DNA from: Octopus vulgaris
Taxonomy: Eukaryota
Direction: 5' to 3'
DNA: 64,000 bases
Assembly: GCA_951406725.2 (NCBI GenBank)
Contig: OX597827.1
Span: forward strand, 33,852,001 to 33,916,000
This document shows positions 36,742 through 50,329 of the stretch, one piece after another. The position numbers were made by a program, and so were the translations under genes. The notes under the pieces are model-generated. The model was not told where the DNA came from. It made no database searches and worked only from the letters and a program-made list of their open reading frames with translations. Position 1 is the stretch's first letter; each line of letters opens with the position of its first letter.

Positions 36742-36890
36742 ATCGCCGAGGTCGACTTTGCCTTTCATCCTTTAGGGGTCGATAAATTAAGTACCAGTTG
36801 CGCACTGGGGTCGATATAATCGACTTAATCCGTTTGTCTGTCCTTGTTTGTCCCCTCTGTGTGTAGCCCCTTGTGGGTAGTAAAGAAATA
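36742..36890 (+). mobile_element. 5'-truncated SINE family A variant with a LINE-like 3' tail
   Basis: Core GTCGACTTTGCCTTTCATCC..GATAAATTAAGTACCAG followed by CTGTCCTTGTTTGTCCCCTCTG..TAAAGAAATA. Confidence 0.8.
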
Positions 36891-37299
36891 TATTTAAGAC
36901 GACGTTATACACTCTTCTCACATTGGACATTTAAACCATGATCTACTTCGGTGCTATGAAAAGGCTCGTGATGACCACTCTGTCGATTATACAGAGTGGC
37001 TAAATAAATACTGGGTTGAGGCCACCACCCAAACATAATCGATCTTCTCAAATTACTGAGAACCAGCCAAAATCTGCCGTAAGAGAGAGACATCCCCAAA
37101 CAATGTAAACATGGCTAAACTCCCGTATATCTCCGCATGCAGCTTATTCAATAGAGACGGTAGTCGAATATATTCAGTTAAAGAATGTTTTGAAATTATG
37201 CTTCATAAAAACTTTTCCAGTTTTTCTAAACTGTCGTGAAGAAAAAGCCTATCGCTTTCCTGTTGAAAGTTATTGATGATGTTGCTTGAGAGCTGTTGT

Positions 37300-39490
37300 T
37301 ATTACTTTTAAAGAGAAATCGGTAATGCACGTTCTAATGAAATTAGTATACGGAAGCAACATAGATGGGAAATAAAAATATCAACAAACCGCGTTGCCAT
37401 ACTGGATGGTTAACCACGATACTGAAATGTAAGGCAATAATTAGTTCCAGGATCATTCTGAATCCAACATAGCGACTAATGAGCAGGCAGGTGGAAAGAA
37501 AAGAGTGAGGATGAATCAAGGAACTTTTGACAAACAAAATTGTGATGTCTAACATGAGAAAACGCTGCAGAAACCTTGCTCCAGTATGGTTTGATTATAG
37601 GAAAGCATTCAAACCTATTCACCACTCACAGTTGCCGAGTCTCTGCACCTGGCAAAAGTACCTGCTACCTTAGCTGCTGCCACTGAGAAGCACACAAAAC
37701 TTGGGCAATAATCCCCACACAACTGAAAGCGGAATGAGTGTCTCCTACGTATGTTGTAAATATTTCAAAAAGAAAATTCCAAGGAGATAGTTTTTATGAA
37801 GTTCTGTTAATTTTAGCATTAAATTCGTTATCATTCCTGTCACAAAAATCTAGTGGCCTCATGCTAGAGTCTGCAGCTGCTAGAAATATCAATGCAACCC
37901 ATAATTTCTTAGTGAATAACCTAAATATCTATGCTAAAAATGTTTTGCAATGCCCCAACCCCAATAAAAAAACTCAGGACTTAACATTTTCAGCTGATAT
38001 AGGAATGGAATTTCAGCAAAAGAAGTGCTAGTATTTCTTTCATGAATATAGAAAATCAGTCTTCCAGACTCCAAACCTATGCATCTCTCTTGTTCTCTGT
38101 CTCTCTATCTCTCCTGTTCGATAAAATGAATGTTACAAATATCGAAGCATAAATGAAAATATGCCATACTAAGGTGCTGTAATAAAGTTAGTGTGACTCG
38201 AGAATATTACACCAGATTAAGAAAAACAATGCCGTTGGAGCTATCTTCTGACAAGACAATTTTCCACAATGCATTGGCAGTGTCAGTGCTGATACAAAAC
38301 TTAGGATATTCAACTGATCTGTCCAGGAAATCCACTCCATAAACATTAAAACTTTTAAGATCCTGACATTAACAGGGAACTTCCATAGAAACAATGATAT
38401 TGATAGGCACTACGGAAGAAGAGACGAAGGAAGTAGAGGCGGAGATCAGTGCAGACAGACTTCGAATGGCGCATATTATCTCTCAGACAAAAGATGCTAA
38501 ACAACAACTGCAAAAATAAATATATAAACCTGGTGTTGAAAAGCGAAGAGAATAATATTCTACGGGCCAGCAGGGAGTTCCTTAGAAAATTCATTCTTCC
38601 TAAAGATACCACATACAACATAAAAAACAACTGGTCTAAAACACTTCAATGAAGACCTGAATGGAAAACGCTCAGCATACCCCACTAAAAAAAAAAAAGG
38701 AGAAGACTTAAAGACAAGAGTGATATCAACATCTCGAAGACTTGAAGATAACAGTAATATCGACACGAAGTACAACCTTTCTCGGAATCGGGACCGATAC
38801 ACTACATCACACTTCGAATGCTATGTGTTTGCAATCCAAGAGCATGAGGCTGCTACAAAATATCGAATAAGCAAAAGAAACAGTGAAGCCCTTGAGTCCC
38901 AAGATGCAACCGAAAATATAAATTATGCCACATTACTGTGGAACACATCGCACATGTGGTCATTGTTTGCCCCCAAATGCCATCAAAGTACTACCTTCTA
39001 ATGCGACATGACGCTGTCGTTAAAATATACAAAACCATCCGAAAGAAATAAAAGATAATGAGGGGTGATAACTATAGAGAATTTTCGTGTTAATGAAAAC
39101 ATACATAAAGATCAGCACGAGGGATATTGGTGGAATATTCCAATCAGAATTTCTATCACATGCAAGCATTATAAGCCGGATACAATTGTTTGGGCAGACA
39201 ATAAAATGTATGTACCGTGATAAAAGTCAGCCGTTTTGATGTGAATATCTCTTCTAAAGTAAAAGAAAAAGAAGGATAACTACGGACAACTACTTCGAAA
39301 CCTCTGTAGCCAGATTATAAATTCACATTTAGACTAATAATAATTGGTGCACTTGGTTTTGTTAATAAATGTCTAAATAATAATTTGGAAAGCTAGGGTT
39401 TTCAGAGAAAGAAATCAACTGGCTAACACGCACGTCTGTAAGAGGAACAGTAAAAATACGCAGAACTTTTATTAAGTTCAAAATGTGACA
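37300..39490 (+). mobile_element. Old degenerate RLE-type LINE (R4/CRE-like)
   Basis: Ordered remnants WFDYRKAF, FQGDS, FSADIGMEF..KKC, VFAIQE, RHDAVV, KPDTIVW, IIIGALG across several frames. Confidence 0.7.
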
Positions 39491-39572
39491 TCGTTTCTGT
39501 TATCCAAATTTCAAAGACGGAATCTATCTTTGTTAAAATCGTTCCCTACAGGAAGACTTCAAATAATTAAAA

Positions 39573-39625
<53 letters not shown>

Positions 39626-39719
39626 TGCACACATGCTCATATATACATACATACATACATACATACATACATACATACATACATACATGCATACATACAT
39701 ATATCATAGCTGCACCCTC

Positions 39720-41995
39720 GTTACACGAGAAAAGCCATTGCCAAAAAGACTTACTGAAATGATTCATTATTGATGCCATGTGATGCCCTTATATGACTTT
39801 TAAGCCCAGCCAAACTTTTATACATTTTATTACATACTGGACAACTGTTCAGCCTGGCAGGAGAAACAGGTGCCACCACATGCACTCTCTTAATGTGTCT
39901 TTTTAGACCTCCAGCTGAGAGGCACACCCTTCCACATTTTACACATGTTCTGTTGTGAATTTTAATAGCCACATTACTGTTTATCATGGGTCGATTCCTG
40001 TGAGGTTTGCACGACTCAAACACTTCCTTCCAGAAACCATACACACAAAAAGCAACACTCATTTTCCACTGGTTCCTTCCTTCTAAGCCTCTCCTAATTC
40101 TCACAAACTTCAATCTCCCCGCTCAAACCTTGAACAACCATCATGCACTAGCTTCCTCTATCCATCGCGGTCTTGTGTCCCTCTCCCACCCACCAGCTGC
40201 AATTCCTGTCTGTATTAGAGCATTTTAAGGCAATCCTTAAACCTTAGTTTAAGCTTATGCACTGGTCTCCTGCCATCTTCCAGCTCACCATACAATAGCT
40301 GCTTGGGCAGTCGCTCATCACTCATCCGTACCAAATTTCTCTCCCCCATCTCAAACGTCTTTGCAAAATCATTATACTTCTACTGCCATTCCTCTCAAGC
40401 ACCTGCACATTACTAATAGCCATTTCCAGTTTATCCCCCAAATTTTTTCTCAGACAATATTGATGGTATCATTTCAATTGCCTTATATGCCTATGGTAAA
40501 CAACCCATTCCTCGTTCCCATATAGCAAAGATGGCAGGACGCGCGTATTATATACCTTAACTTTAATTTGTGAAGATATATTATGTTGTCTCCACAGACA
40601 CCTATCAAGTCTAACAAAAGCTCTACTAGCCATACTGATTCTGTATGAAATTTCACCATCAAGACCAGCAGTGCTCAAGATACTTTCTAAATAAATACAT
40701 CTAGGCACAGTCTCCAACCTCTTTGACCGTTAACATTATAAAAGGTTCCTCATACATCTTGGAGGGAGCGGGCTGGTACATCATAACAATTTTGCCTTTA
40801 GATTGATCGTTAGATCCAATGCTGCCCATGCTGCAGAAATCGCATTCAGCATGTGCTGCATATCTTTCTAGAAATGTGCCAGCAGGTCACAATGAATACC
40901 TGGACAAGATCCATATTCTGCTCATAGCACCTCTCCTGCATCTGACCTGCTGTGAAAAATCATATCCACTGTTCCTCTACCAGACTGGAAACCACATTGA
41001 AATTCAGATAGGACATCATTTACGAAACACCCATTCAGGCGGGTAAGAAGAAAATTTGCCAGAACCTTGCCAGCAGCTGATAGAGAAATACCTCCGTAGT
41101 TACCACATTATTCTGGCTCCTTTTCTTTTATAGAGAGGAATAATAATTGCATCCCTCCAGTCTTGATGCATTGCACTATCCCTCCAGAATACACTAATAA
41201 GTTCATGGAGGAACTGTATGATGTAATCACCACCAAATTGCAAGACCTGAGCACAAATTCCATCCCTTCCAGGTGCCCTACCAAGATTCAATTTCCTTAT
41301 AGCTGTCATTACCTCATCTATTGATGGCGTGGAATTTAAGGAGCCAATGATAGGTCCTTGTTACATAGCACCAATTACTGTTTCATCCACAACTGACTCA
41401 CGGTTCAGGAGTTCAGAGAAGTGTTCAATCCAGCGACTTGTGATTTCTGTTGATTTAGTAAAAAGAGTAGAAGACTCTTTGGAAAGTAAAGGAGCTGATG
41501 CAGAGCTCTTAGGCCCATAAATATGCTTCATGAGATGGTAAAGCTTCTTACTGCCATTTGCATCAGCAGCAGCTTGAACATCACGAGCAAGATCCTCCCA
41601 CCAAGTGTTCTGCATCTTCTTGAGAGATCGCTGCAGTAGTGATTTTACACTGCTTTAGTGGGCAGGTGCTAGATTTCGCTCTTGTAGGCATAGCGCTTTC
41701 CAACCAATAGTCGCTGAAGTTCAGTACCATTTTCATCAAACCAATCTCTGTGTCTGGCAGTAGCATATCCCAGTGTTTCAGCAGCACATTGAAGAACCTG
41801 ATCTCGAAAATTTTCCCAGTATTTCCAATGCTGGACAAGCGAGTCTGAAGCTCTTTCTTTAACACAGCATCATATATCTTGTGGACATTCAGACGCCGAG
41901 GAATGCCAACTGGCCCTCTTCTCTCTTTCACTCTAATCCTCATCTGGAACTTTGCTCGCACCAGACTGTGGTCCGTCCAGCATTCCGATCTATGT
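39720..41995 (-). mobile_element. Degenerate RTE-clade LINE with C-terminal C2H2 fingers
   Basis: RWIEHFSELLN, GRAPGRDGI, DGEISYRISMASRAF..KVKVYNTRVLPSLLYG.E.W, C-terminal CVKCGR..H..H and CPVCNK..H. Confidence 0.85.
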
Positions 41996-42569
41996 CAGGT
42001 CACTTATGAGGCTCTAATAAGTGCTACTGGTAACATGGAATCCAGTACAACCTGTTGCATGGTCGGGTTGTCAGCGACTAAATTGGCGCCCAGGCTACCC
42101 TGGTGAGGAGGGTTACAGGATTAAAAACAAGATCTGTTGAAAAGTCGGATGAACCTAGTGCAGGCTCAACGGCTCTCTAGCAAAAGCACGAGTACACAGA
42201 AATACCGGGATGGTGTCCGGCGTGCTAGAAGACCACTAGGAGTTAGCTTCTGTTGAAGCATGTCTCTAGGAGAAGGTCATTCTGATATAAGACTAGATAT
42301 GTAGGAAATGGCATTGGAGATTTTGGGGATCTTTAGTTTGTACTGGAGATCATGGCGCTCTCACATCCTCAGCCTGCAGCTCATAGGCAACAGAATCTCG
42401 CTCTCGCTTGTCTGCATAATGTTAATAGAGTGGAGAGGGTCTATGAAGTGTCGTGCAAGCCTTATTGGACCTAAAAATTTGCTCGATATGTGCTGATTTT
42501 TTCTCTTTCCCTATATATATATTTATTTTATTTTCAGTATATATGTATCTTTATTTTTAGTATATATTT

Positions 42570-43015
42570 ATTCTATTTTTATTCGGAAGTCCTGCGGCGA
42601 TGGGAAGGTGATGAAGTATGCAGACCTGACGAGTTGGAAGCATGCGACCGGCACGTTGGCGGCCCATGCTAGATATAATGTCGTCTCCTTGTCAACCAAG
42701 AGAGCGATAGGGTGTCTGAGCAGCTCCATTTGGAGAGAGCACTGCTCACCCGGAGGCCGGTGAAAAGGTGAACCAAAAATTGCCTGTCTTTCTATATCTG
42801 GTTAGTTTAGCGCGACTGACAGATGTCCACACTGCGCTTGAATGGCAAAGAGACTTTTTTTTTTTACAAAATGTGGATGGAACTCGAAAATTTCATGCTG
42901 GAATACTGGCACTCTGTTGGATAACAAGAGTGACTGTAGGCCTCAAAGAGGTACTGCACTTGTTGCTTGCGTGCTGAACCGCTACAAGATTGATATAGCT
43001 GCACTTTCAGAGACT
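42570..43015 (+). mobile_element. RTE-type 5' UTR and start of APE domain
   Basis: WNTGTLLD..RPQRGTALVACVLNRYKIDIAALSET is typical of the RTE APE N-terminus. Confidence 0.75.
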
Positions 43016-43016
43016 T

Positions 43017-43394
43017 GTACATACATACATGCATGCATGCATGCATACATGCATACATACATGCATAAATACATACATACATACACACACACACGCACAC
43101 ACGCACACACACACATACATACATACACACATACATACATACATACATACATACATAAATACATACATACATATATACATACACACACACACACGCACAC
43201 ACACATACATACATTCATACACACACACACGCACACGCACACACACATACATACATACACACATACATACATACATACATACATACATACATACATACAT
43301 ACATAAATACATACATACATACACACACACACACACGCACACACATACATTCATACACACACACACGCACACACGCACACACACATACATACAT

Positions 43395-43430
<36 letters not shown>

Positions 43431-43523
43431 GCACACGCACACACACATACATACATACATGCATACCTACATACATACATTCATACATACATACATACAT
43501 ACATACATACATACATACATACA
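43017..43523. repeat. (TACA)n/(CA)n compound microsatellite
   Basis: Direct reading. Confidence 0.95.
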
Positions 43524-43931
43524 CGATGAATACCGCGTTTTGTCAGATGATAGCCGTCTCACATGAATGATAGCGATTTAAGCAACAAAAGTTTGTACAA
43601 CACTTTTACCAATCTCTCGGTCGTCATTGTAGGTTCCAGTGATAATCATTGCAAGATGACAGGTAACTATCTTGATTGCAAGTTTTAGGTCAGAGTTTTT
43701 TTTCTCATAGATGAGCCGTCTTCCTCACGACTAGTCAAAAAGAATGGGAGCCTCCCCTACCCTTGGAAAATCTACTTAATCCATAAATGGGATCCTGACA
43801 AGTACTACCGTTCCGAGTCAGAACGGACCGGGGAGTAATGGTAATTAAGGGGTGATTCCGCACTCCTCACGTCTCCATGATCCCCGAAATGGTGCTTCAA
43901 GACCGGATGCATTTTAATGTTATAACCAGGG

Positions 43932-43984
<53 letters not shown>

Positions 43985-44314
43985 CTATATACATACATAC
44001 ACACACATATACAGGGTCATCCCTCAAATTGACATCATTCCAGTGTCTAAGAACATAGTCAATTCTCTCTCAAATGATCTCAAATTTTAACAAAATGTGT
44101 AAAAACTAATTTTGGTTGGGGCATGCCAGTGATAATGACAATGCCATCGCTGGAACTGTAAAAATTTGTAAAACATTCCAGAAGTTTATCATTCAAGTCT
44201 AGACATGCAACTATATGCATAAGAATATAATAGAAGACACTTTCCAAAGGTAAGGCGTAGTGGGACCGAACTCAAAATTACGTGGTTGCGAAGAGAAATT
44301 CTTAACCATACAGC

Positions 44315-44393
<79 letters not shown>

Positions 44394-44725
44394 GTATATA
44401 TGTATGTATGTATGTATGTACGTATGAATGCAGACACCCACCACACACGAGCAGCTTACAATTGATCTAGTGATGTCAATTTTTTTTATCAATACTCACT
44501 ATCGAACAAGTATCCGATTGAAATGTTCATACGAAACATTAGTACCTCTAAAATAATGGCGTGACGATTCATCATCATGACTGCAAACATATTTCCTTAC
44601 TTTTCTTTCTTTCTTTCTTTCTCTTTTGTTATGCACGGGCACGCACACACGAACCGATAAATATCTCTATCTCGCACACGAACCTATAAAAATCTCTCTC
44701 TTTCTCTCTTTCACACACATGCAAA

Positions 44726-44764
<39 letters not shown>

Positions 44765-45200
44765 AGAGAGAGGGAGAGAGAAGGATATACACATATTGAC
44801 AAAAAGAGCACTTAACACAGACACACTTATCTAGACTTACAAACAAATGCAACACAACCCGAAGAGAAGAAGAAGAAGACATATTTATTGATCTATAAAT
44901 GCTAGCTCGATTTACAGTGTGCGTGTATGTCTGTATGTCTGTATGTAGGTAAGTACGTATATGCATGTATGATTCCTTTTCTTTGAAATGTATTTGGGGT
45001 CTTGATGGAGTTCGAAATGACAGCTAACAAAGTGACAAGACTTTTTGAGTTATGACAGTTCTCGGGGTGTGTAGAGTGTGCATATATGTAGGTGTGCACA
45101 TCGACACTTACGTTCTGTGTAGGTGGTTGTATGCTCTGGAAGAAGGCACTTTCAAAAGGTACCGTGCAACATGTTAATAAAAGCAATTTCTTAGTCACGC

Positions 45201-45372
45201 AAGGGCGGTGAGCTGGCAGTGTCGTTAGCACGCCGGGTAAAATGCTTAGCAGCATTTCGTCTGTTTTTATGTTCTGAGTTCAAATTCTGCCGGGGTCGGC
45301 TTTGCCTTTCATCCTCTCCGGATCGATAAATTAAGTACCAGTGGAACACCGGGGTCGATTAAATGGACTAGT
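45201..45372 (+). mobile_element. SINE family A, CpG-intact
   Basis: GGCGGTGAGCTGGCAG..GAGTTCAAATTC..TTTCATCC..GATAAATTAAGTACCAG. Confidence 0.9.
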
Positions 45373-45389
45373 CAGTAGACTAAGGTGAC

Positions 45390-48095
45390 ACTTAGTTACT
45401 GATCATGCTTCAAGAACCTTGCAGTTCCAAGCCATGATGATTTTTTATAGGTGTTCCATCTTTACAGTTGTACCCATCTTTTTGAGCCACGTTGGTAGTT
45501 AAATACTGATACTTCCCAGCGCGCCAATTACTACTGATATCACGCCCACTTCCTTCATTGCCCACCGTCATGATTGTTCAGTTTTTCCTTCTTTCACTTT
45601 GATCCTATTGTCACCGGGAGACATGATCAATGGTTTCATTTTGTTGTTGACATATACGACATGTTGGGTAGCTGTTGTTCTTTAATATGTTGACATGGTA
45701 GTTTCTTGTAGGTAGGCGTTGACCTTGGGCTGCTATGATAAACCCTTCTGTTTCTGATTTTAAGCCAGAAGACAGTAGCCATTGATGGGTAAGGGCTTTG
45801 GTAACATCGGCACTGTTAGCTTTCTTTGGGTATTTGCCATTGAGAGGTTTTTCTTGCCATTTATCATTAAGAATATCTAAGGCAGCAGTTTTATCACGCT
45901 TAGCTTTTTCTGTGCTTGTTTCTAGTACGTCTAATTATGGAATTTGTTCCTTTGCCTGTTTTGTTACTGAGTATGATCCTTTCTTGTTTTCATGCTTTGA
46001 GACAAATTTTAACATTCAGTCATCAGAATTTTTCAGGTAGGTATCTTGGCCGATTGTGGTAATCTTCATTGTTAATTTCAGTTGTAAAAGTCCATGGCCT
46101 CCCTCTTTTCTTGGCAGATATATCTGCCTTAGGGTGGTGCATTCTATGCATTGTCAACAATTTTCGCATTTTTCTGTTAAGATTACATATTTCAGTAATT
46201 GACTAGTTAATGATATTGAAACTATAAGTCACGACTGGTCTGGCTAAAGTATTGATCGCTTCGATCCTGTTTCTTGCATTCAGCTCTGTCTTGAGTATTG
46301 CCCTTACCCTGCGATAACATTCTCTTCTGATTCTTTCCCTCATCACTGAATATTTGATTCCGTCCCCTTCAAATACTCCTAGTTATTTGTAGCTCTCCGC
46401 TGGTTCTAATTCCTTTATGACATTCTGCTGGTCAAGATTAACATTGGATGTTTCTGCCATTTTTCCTTTGATAAAGGTAGATTTTGCACATTTTTCGAGG
46501 CCAAATTGCATCCTGATGTTATCACTGAATTGTTTAACAATCGCTAGTAAGCCCTGTAGTTGTTGGTCATTTATGCAAAGAGCTTTAAATCTCCATGTAA
46601 ATGAGATGATTTATATTTTTACCAAACATTTTATAACCGTATTGTACATCAGTGAGCAATTTCGAGGGAGGTATTAAGGGTAAACAAAAGAGGAGTAGTA
46701 ATAGAGAGTCACCCTGGAAAATGCCACATGAAATTCTTATATTTCCAGCATTAAGAGATGCATTGTCACTGTTCAAAGTCAATGTGGTTCTTCATGATCT
46801 CATACTTATAGGCAAAAAGTTTCGCAGAGTAGGTGCTATTTTATACATTTCCAGACATTTCTTAATCCAGCTATCTTGTAGACTATCAAAAGCATTTTTA
46901 TAGTCTATCCAGGCTATCGACAAGTTTTTGTATCGTTTGTAACAATCTTCCAAGATCATCTTATTGATGAGTAGCTGATCTTTACAACCATAGGATCCAC
47001 TTTTACATCCTTTTTGCTCATTAGAGAAAATGTCACTTTCTATTAAAAGACTATAGGTATATTCATTTAAGACAGATGTTAGCGTTTTATACATAGTTGT
47101 TAAGCAGGTTATGGGTTTATAATTTTCTTGTTCATTTGTTTCTTCATTTTTTTGGAAGTAGGAATGTTACACCATTAACTAGCATCCTACTAGGGTCTTG
47201 CAAAATATCTTTGTAAAGTTCTGTTAGCAGTTCATGGCTCTCTGGGAAGGCATTCAACTAGAAGTTAGGAATTTTATCCCTTCCTAGAGATTTCCATTTG
47301 CTTGACTTCCTGAGAGTAGATCTTATATCCTCTACCTTGATACCCTCCCACTTTTGCTCTTCTAAGGAGTCTGTAGATATTCTATCAATCCAAGAGCCCC
47401 TTTCATTGTGTGTTTTTTCTTCTGCCCAAATTTTATTTCAGAATTCCTGCATTTCTTCTTTTGATGGGACTGAATTTACTGTAACTGGTATTTTCCCTAT
47501 CATCCTGTAATAATTTTTGGGGTCATTTTTGAACATGTTGTCCTTGAAGAATCTAACGCGCTTTTCATACCTTGTTATGCGGGCAGCTTTAGCACACCTT
47601 TTGCTTGATGGTTTCTATGGTGGTATCGATGTCAAATATGGTTTTCATATGTTTTTTCTTTAATTTTCAGATTTCGTTGGTTTGATAGTCTTGTCAAACT
47701 TAAGATCTTTTAAACTTAAGGTCTATGTCAGACCTAAGTAGCTGAATTTGGTGTTGAATACACTCTTGCCAAATAGGCTTTTTGTGGGAATGTTGTCGTT
47801 TCTAATCTTTTCTCCTCATAGAATCGTTGAGATCTTCGCGGACGCATAGTACAGGTGGTTGAGATCTGTAATATCAACATCATTAGCTGAAATTCTATCC
47901 TTAAGTGCAAGGCGGATTTTACCAATTACTTTTAGGTTTTGGTTAGAGTTGTGAATTTTTGGGAAGTGTGCCACACTCATTCATACTAGTGTCTTTAATT
48001 TTTAGCCATTCAGTCATGATTTGATTTTTTAGATCATCTAAATTCAGTTTGGTCAATTTCTGTGTGACTTTCTTTATCTATTTGATTTTAATCTG
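45390..48095 (-). mobile_element. Degenerate R4/Dong-like LINE including RT
   Basis: EQKGCKSGSYGCKDQLLINKMI..AWIDYKNAFDS..W and GIFQGDSL..INHLIYM; downstream RLE remnants; internal deletions. Confidence 0.88.
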
Positions 48096-48212
48096 CCTTT
48101 TTATCAAACATTTTATAACCGTATTGTACATCATTGAGCAATTTCGTGGGAGGTATTAAGGGTAGATAAAAGAGGAATGGTGATAGAGAGTTGGTTCAGA
48201 GAGTATTTCACT

Positions 48213-48550
<338 letters not shown>

Positions 48551-49090
48551 TAATATTATTGAGTGAGAGAGCAGTGCATGCCATCAAAGTGACACTGGGG
48601 TAAAATATATATATACCCATCATGACTACCCATCTGATAAGGGTACACTAGGCACATGCATCACAACCATATGTGCGCGACATGGTGATCTTATATCAAG
48701 ATAAACAGCACATGACCTTGCAGGTGGGCCCCAGTAAGAATTTTCTTCTGGTCGAGTAACCCATCCCGCTCAAAAGGTCCCTGAATAAGGGTTGTTTAAG
48801 GATATTGAACGAAACACCCATGTTTCTAGAGGTGAATTATTCAAACCCCAAAGATGCTCCCCCACTACTTCTGTTCGTGATCAGAGATGCACATATCGTC
48901 AGCCACTAAGGGACATGCTCAGCTGGTTAAGGTCAAACAACTGACAAGCAAATCTGTGGTATTGAGCAGATTATTTACTGTAGCCCATCTTTTATACCAA
49001 GACAAAATGTACATGATAACACTTCCAATCAGTTAAGATCAGAAGCCATGAGAGCCACTGCTTGGTACTGCATCAGGGCATTTATTATTA

Positions 49091-50018
49091 TTCAGTAGTT
49101 TTATTTTTATAGCATGCTTTCACTTCACTACCGAGCGCAGCTCTGTGTGCTTTGGGTATGTGCTGTGATTTGTTGTGATGCTCTGATGGTTACTGTATTG
49201 AAAGTGTTTTGCGTAGGATGTGTGCAGTGCCCAGTAGTGCAATTTTCTGTATGTTATATGTGTTTGTAAGTCCTGGTGTTTTTGTTATGTATTTGTCTGA
49301 ATGTTTTTTTATCATGCCTAATGCACCTACTATGATAGGAATTGTTTCTGTTTTTAGATTCCACATTCTAGTTACCTCTATTTCCAGGTCTTTGTATTTT
49401 GAAAGTTTCTCCATTTCATTTAGAGACACGTTGTCATCTGCTGGTATTGATACATAAATTAGAAAGCATTTTTTCTTCATGATCTCTGACAACTATATCT
49501 GGCCTGTTGGCCTTAATTTCTCTATCTGTGTGTATTGGCATATCCCAGAGTATGGTTGCTTTCTCGTTTTCTGTGACCTTTTCTGGTGTGTGCCTATACC
49601 ATCTTTTTTCTGTTGTTATTCCATAATGTTGGCATAGCTTCCAGTGTATGTAGGTCCCAACTCTGTCGTGTCTGTGAATATTTTCCTTCTTAGCCAGGAC
49701 TGGGCAGCCAGAGGTAATATGATTTATTGTTTCTTGTCCATCTCCACATATTCTGCAGTTACTTGTTATATTTCTTTTCATTATACGTTTTTGGTAATTT
49801 CTGATGGGGAGGCTTTGGTCTTGTGCTGCAATTGAAAATCCCTCTGTCTCTGCTTTGAGTCCTGAGCTTCTCAACCATTGCTGGGATTTTTCTTTGTCTA
49901 TTTCTTTTGCATTTAGTTTAGTCCAGTAATTGCCATGAAGGGGATTTTCTTGCCATCGTTTTATCATGGTCCGTTGTTGTTCTAGTTTTAGTTTGGATTT
50001 CATTTGTTTTATAGCTTC
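49091..50018 (-). mobile_element. 5'-truncated R4/Dong-like element (CCHC plus RLE)
   Basis: ETEGFSIAAQDQ, CRICGDGQETINHITSGC, RHDRVG, RPDIVV; one frameshift; bounded by TTA/TTG repeats. Confidence 0.92.
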
Positions 50019-50021
50019 TTC

Positions 50022-50133
<112 letters not shown>

Positions 50134-50329
50134 CATTATTATTATTATTATTACTATTATTATCACTGTTGTTTACTTTTAATCTGCATGTTTGATGCAA
50201 TCACTTGCCGGGACACACCCAACGTTCTAGGGCAAGTGAAGGTTAAAAGATGTAAAATAATTGAAAGATAGGCGAGTGGAAGTAGCGAGGGCAGTAGAAA
50301 AAATACCTCCATATAATAAAATACAAACA

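Noticed and set aside
39751-40113. Second C2H2 zinc-finger gene
   Set aside because: Collinear with the C-terminus of the RTE ORF on the same strand; part of the retrotransposon
42864-43529. Long HT/YVCM-rich ORFs (similar ones at 9900, 30887, 36301, 39567, 49918, 59601 and 61692)
   Set aside because: Simple-repeat artefacts with no coding evidence
48555-49085. Possible unique exon between microsatellites
   Set aside because: No ORF or splice signals; probably an interspersed repeat, but not assignable from this window alone
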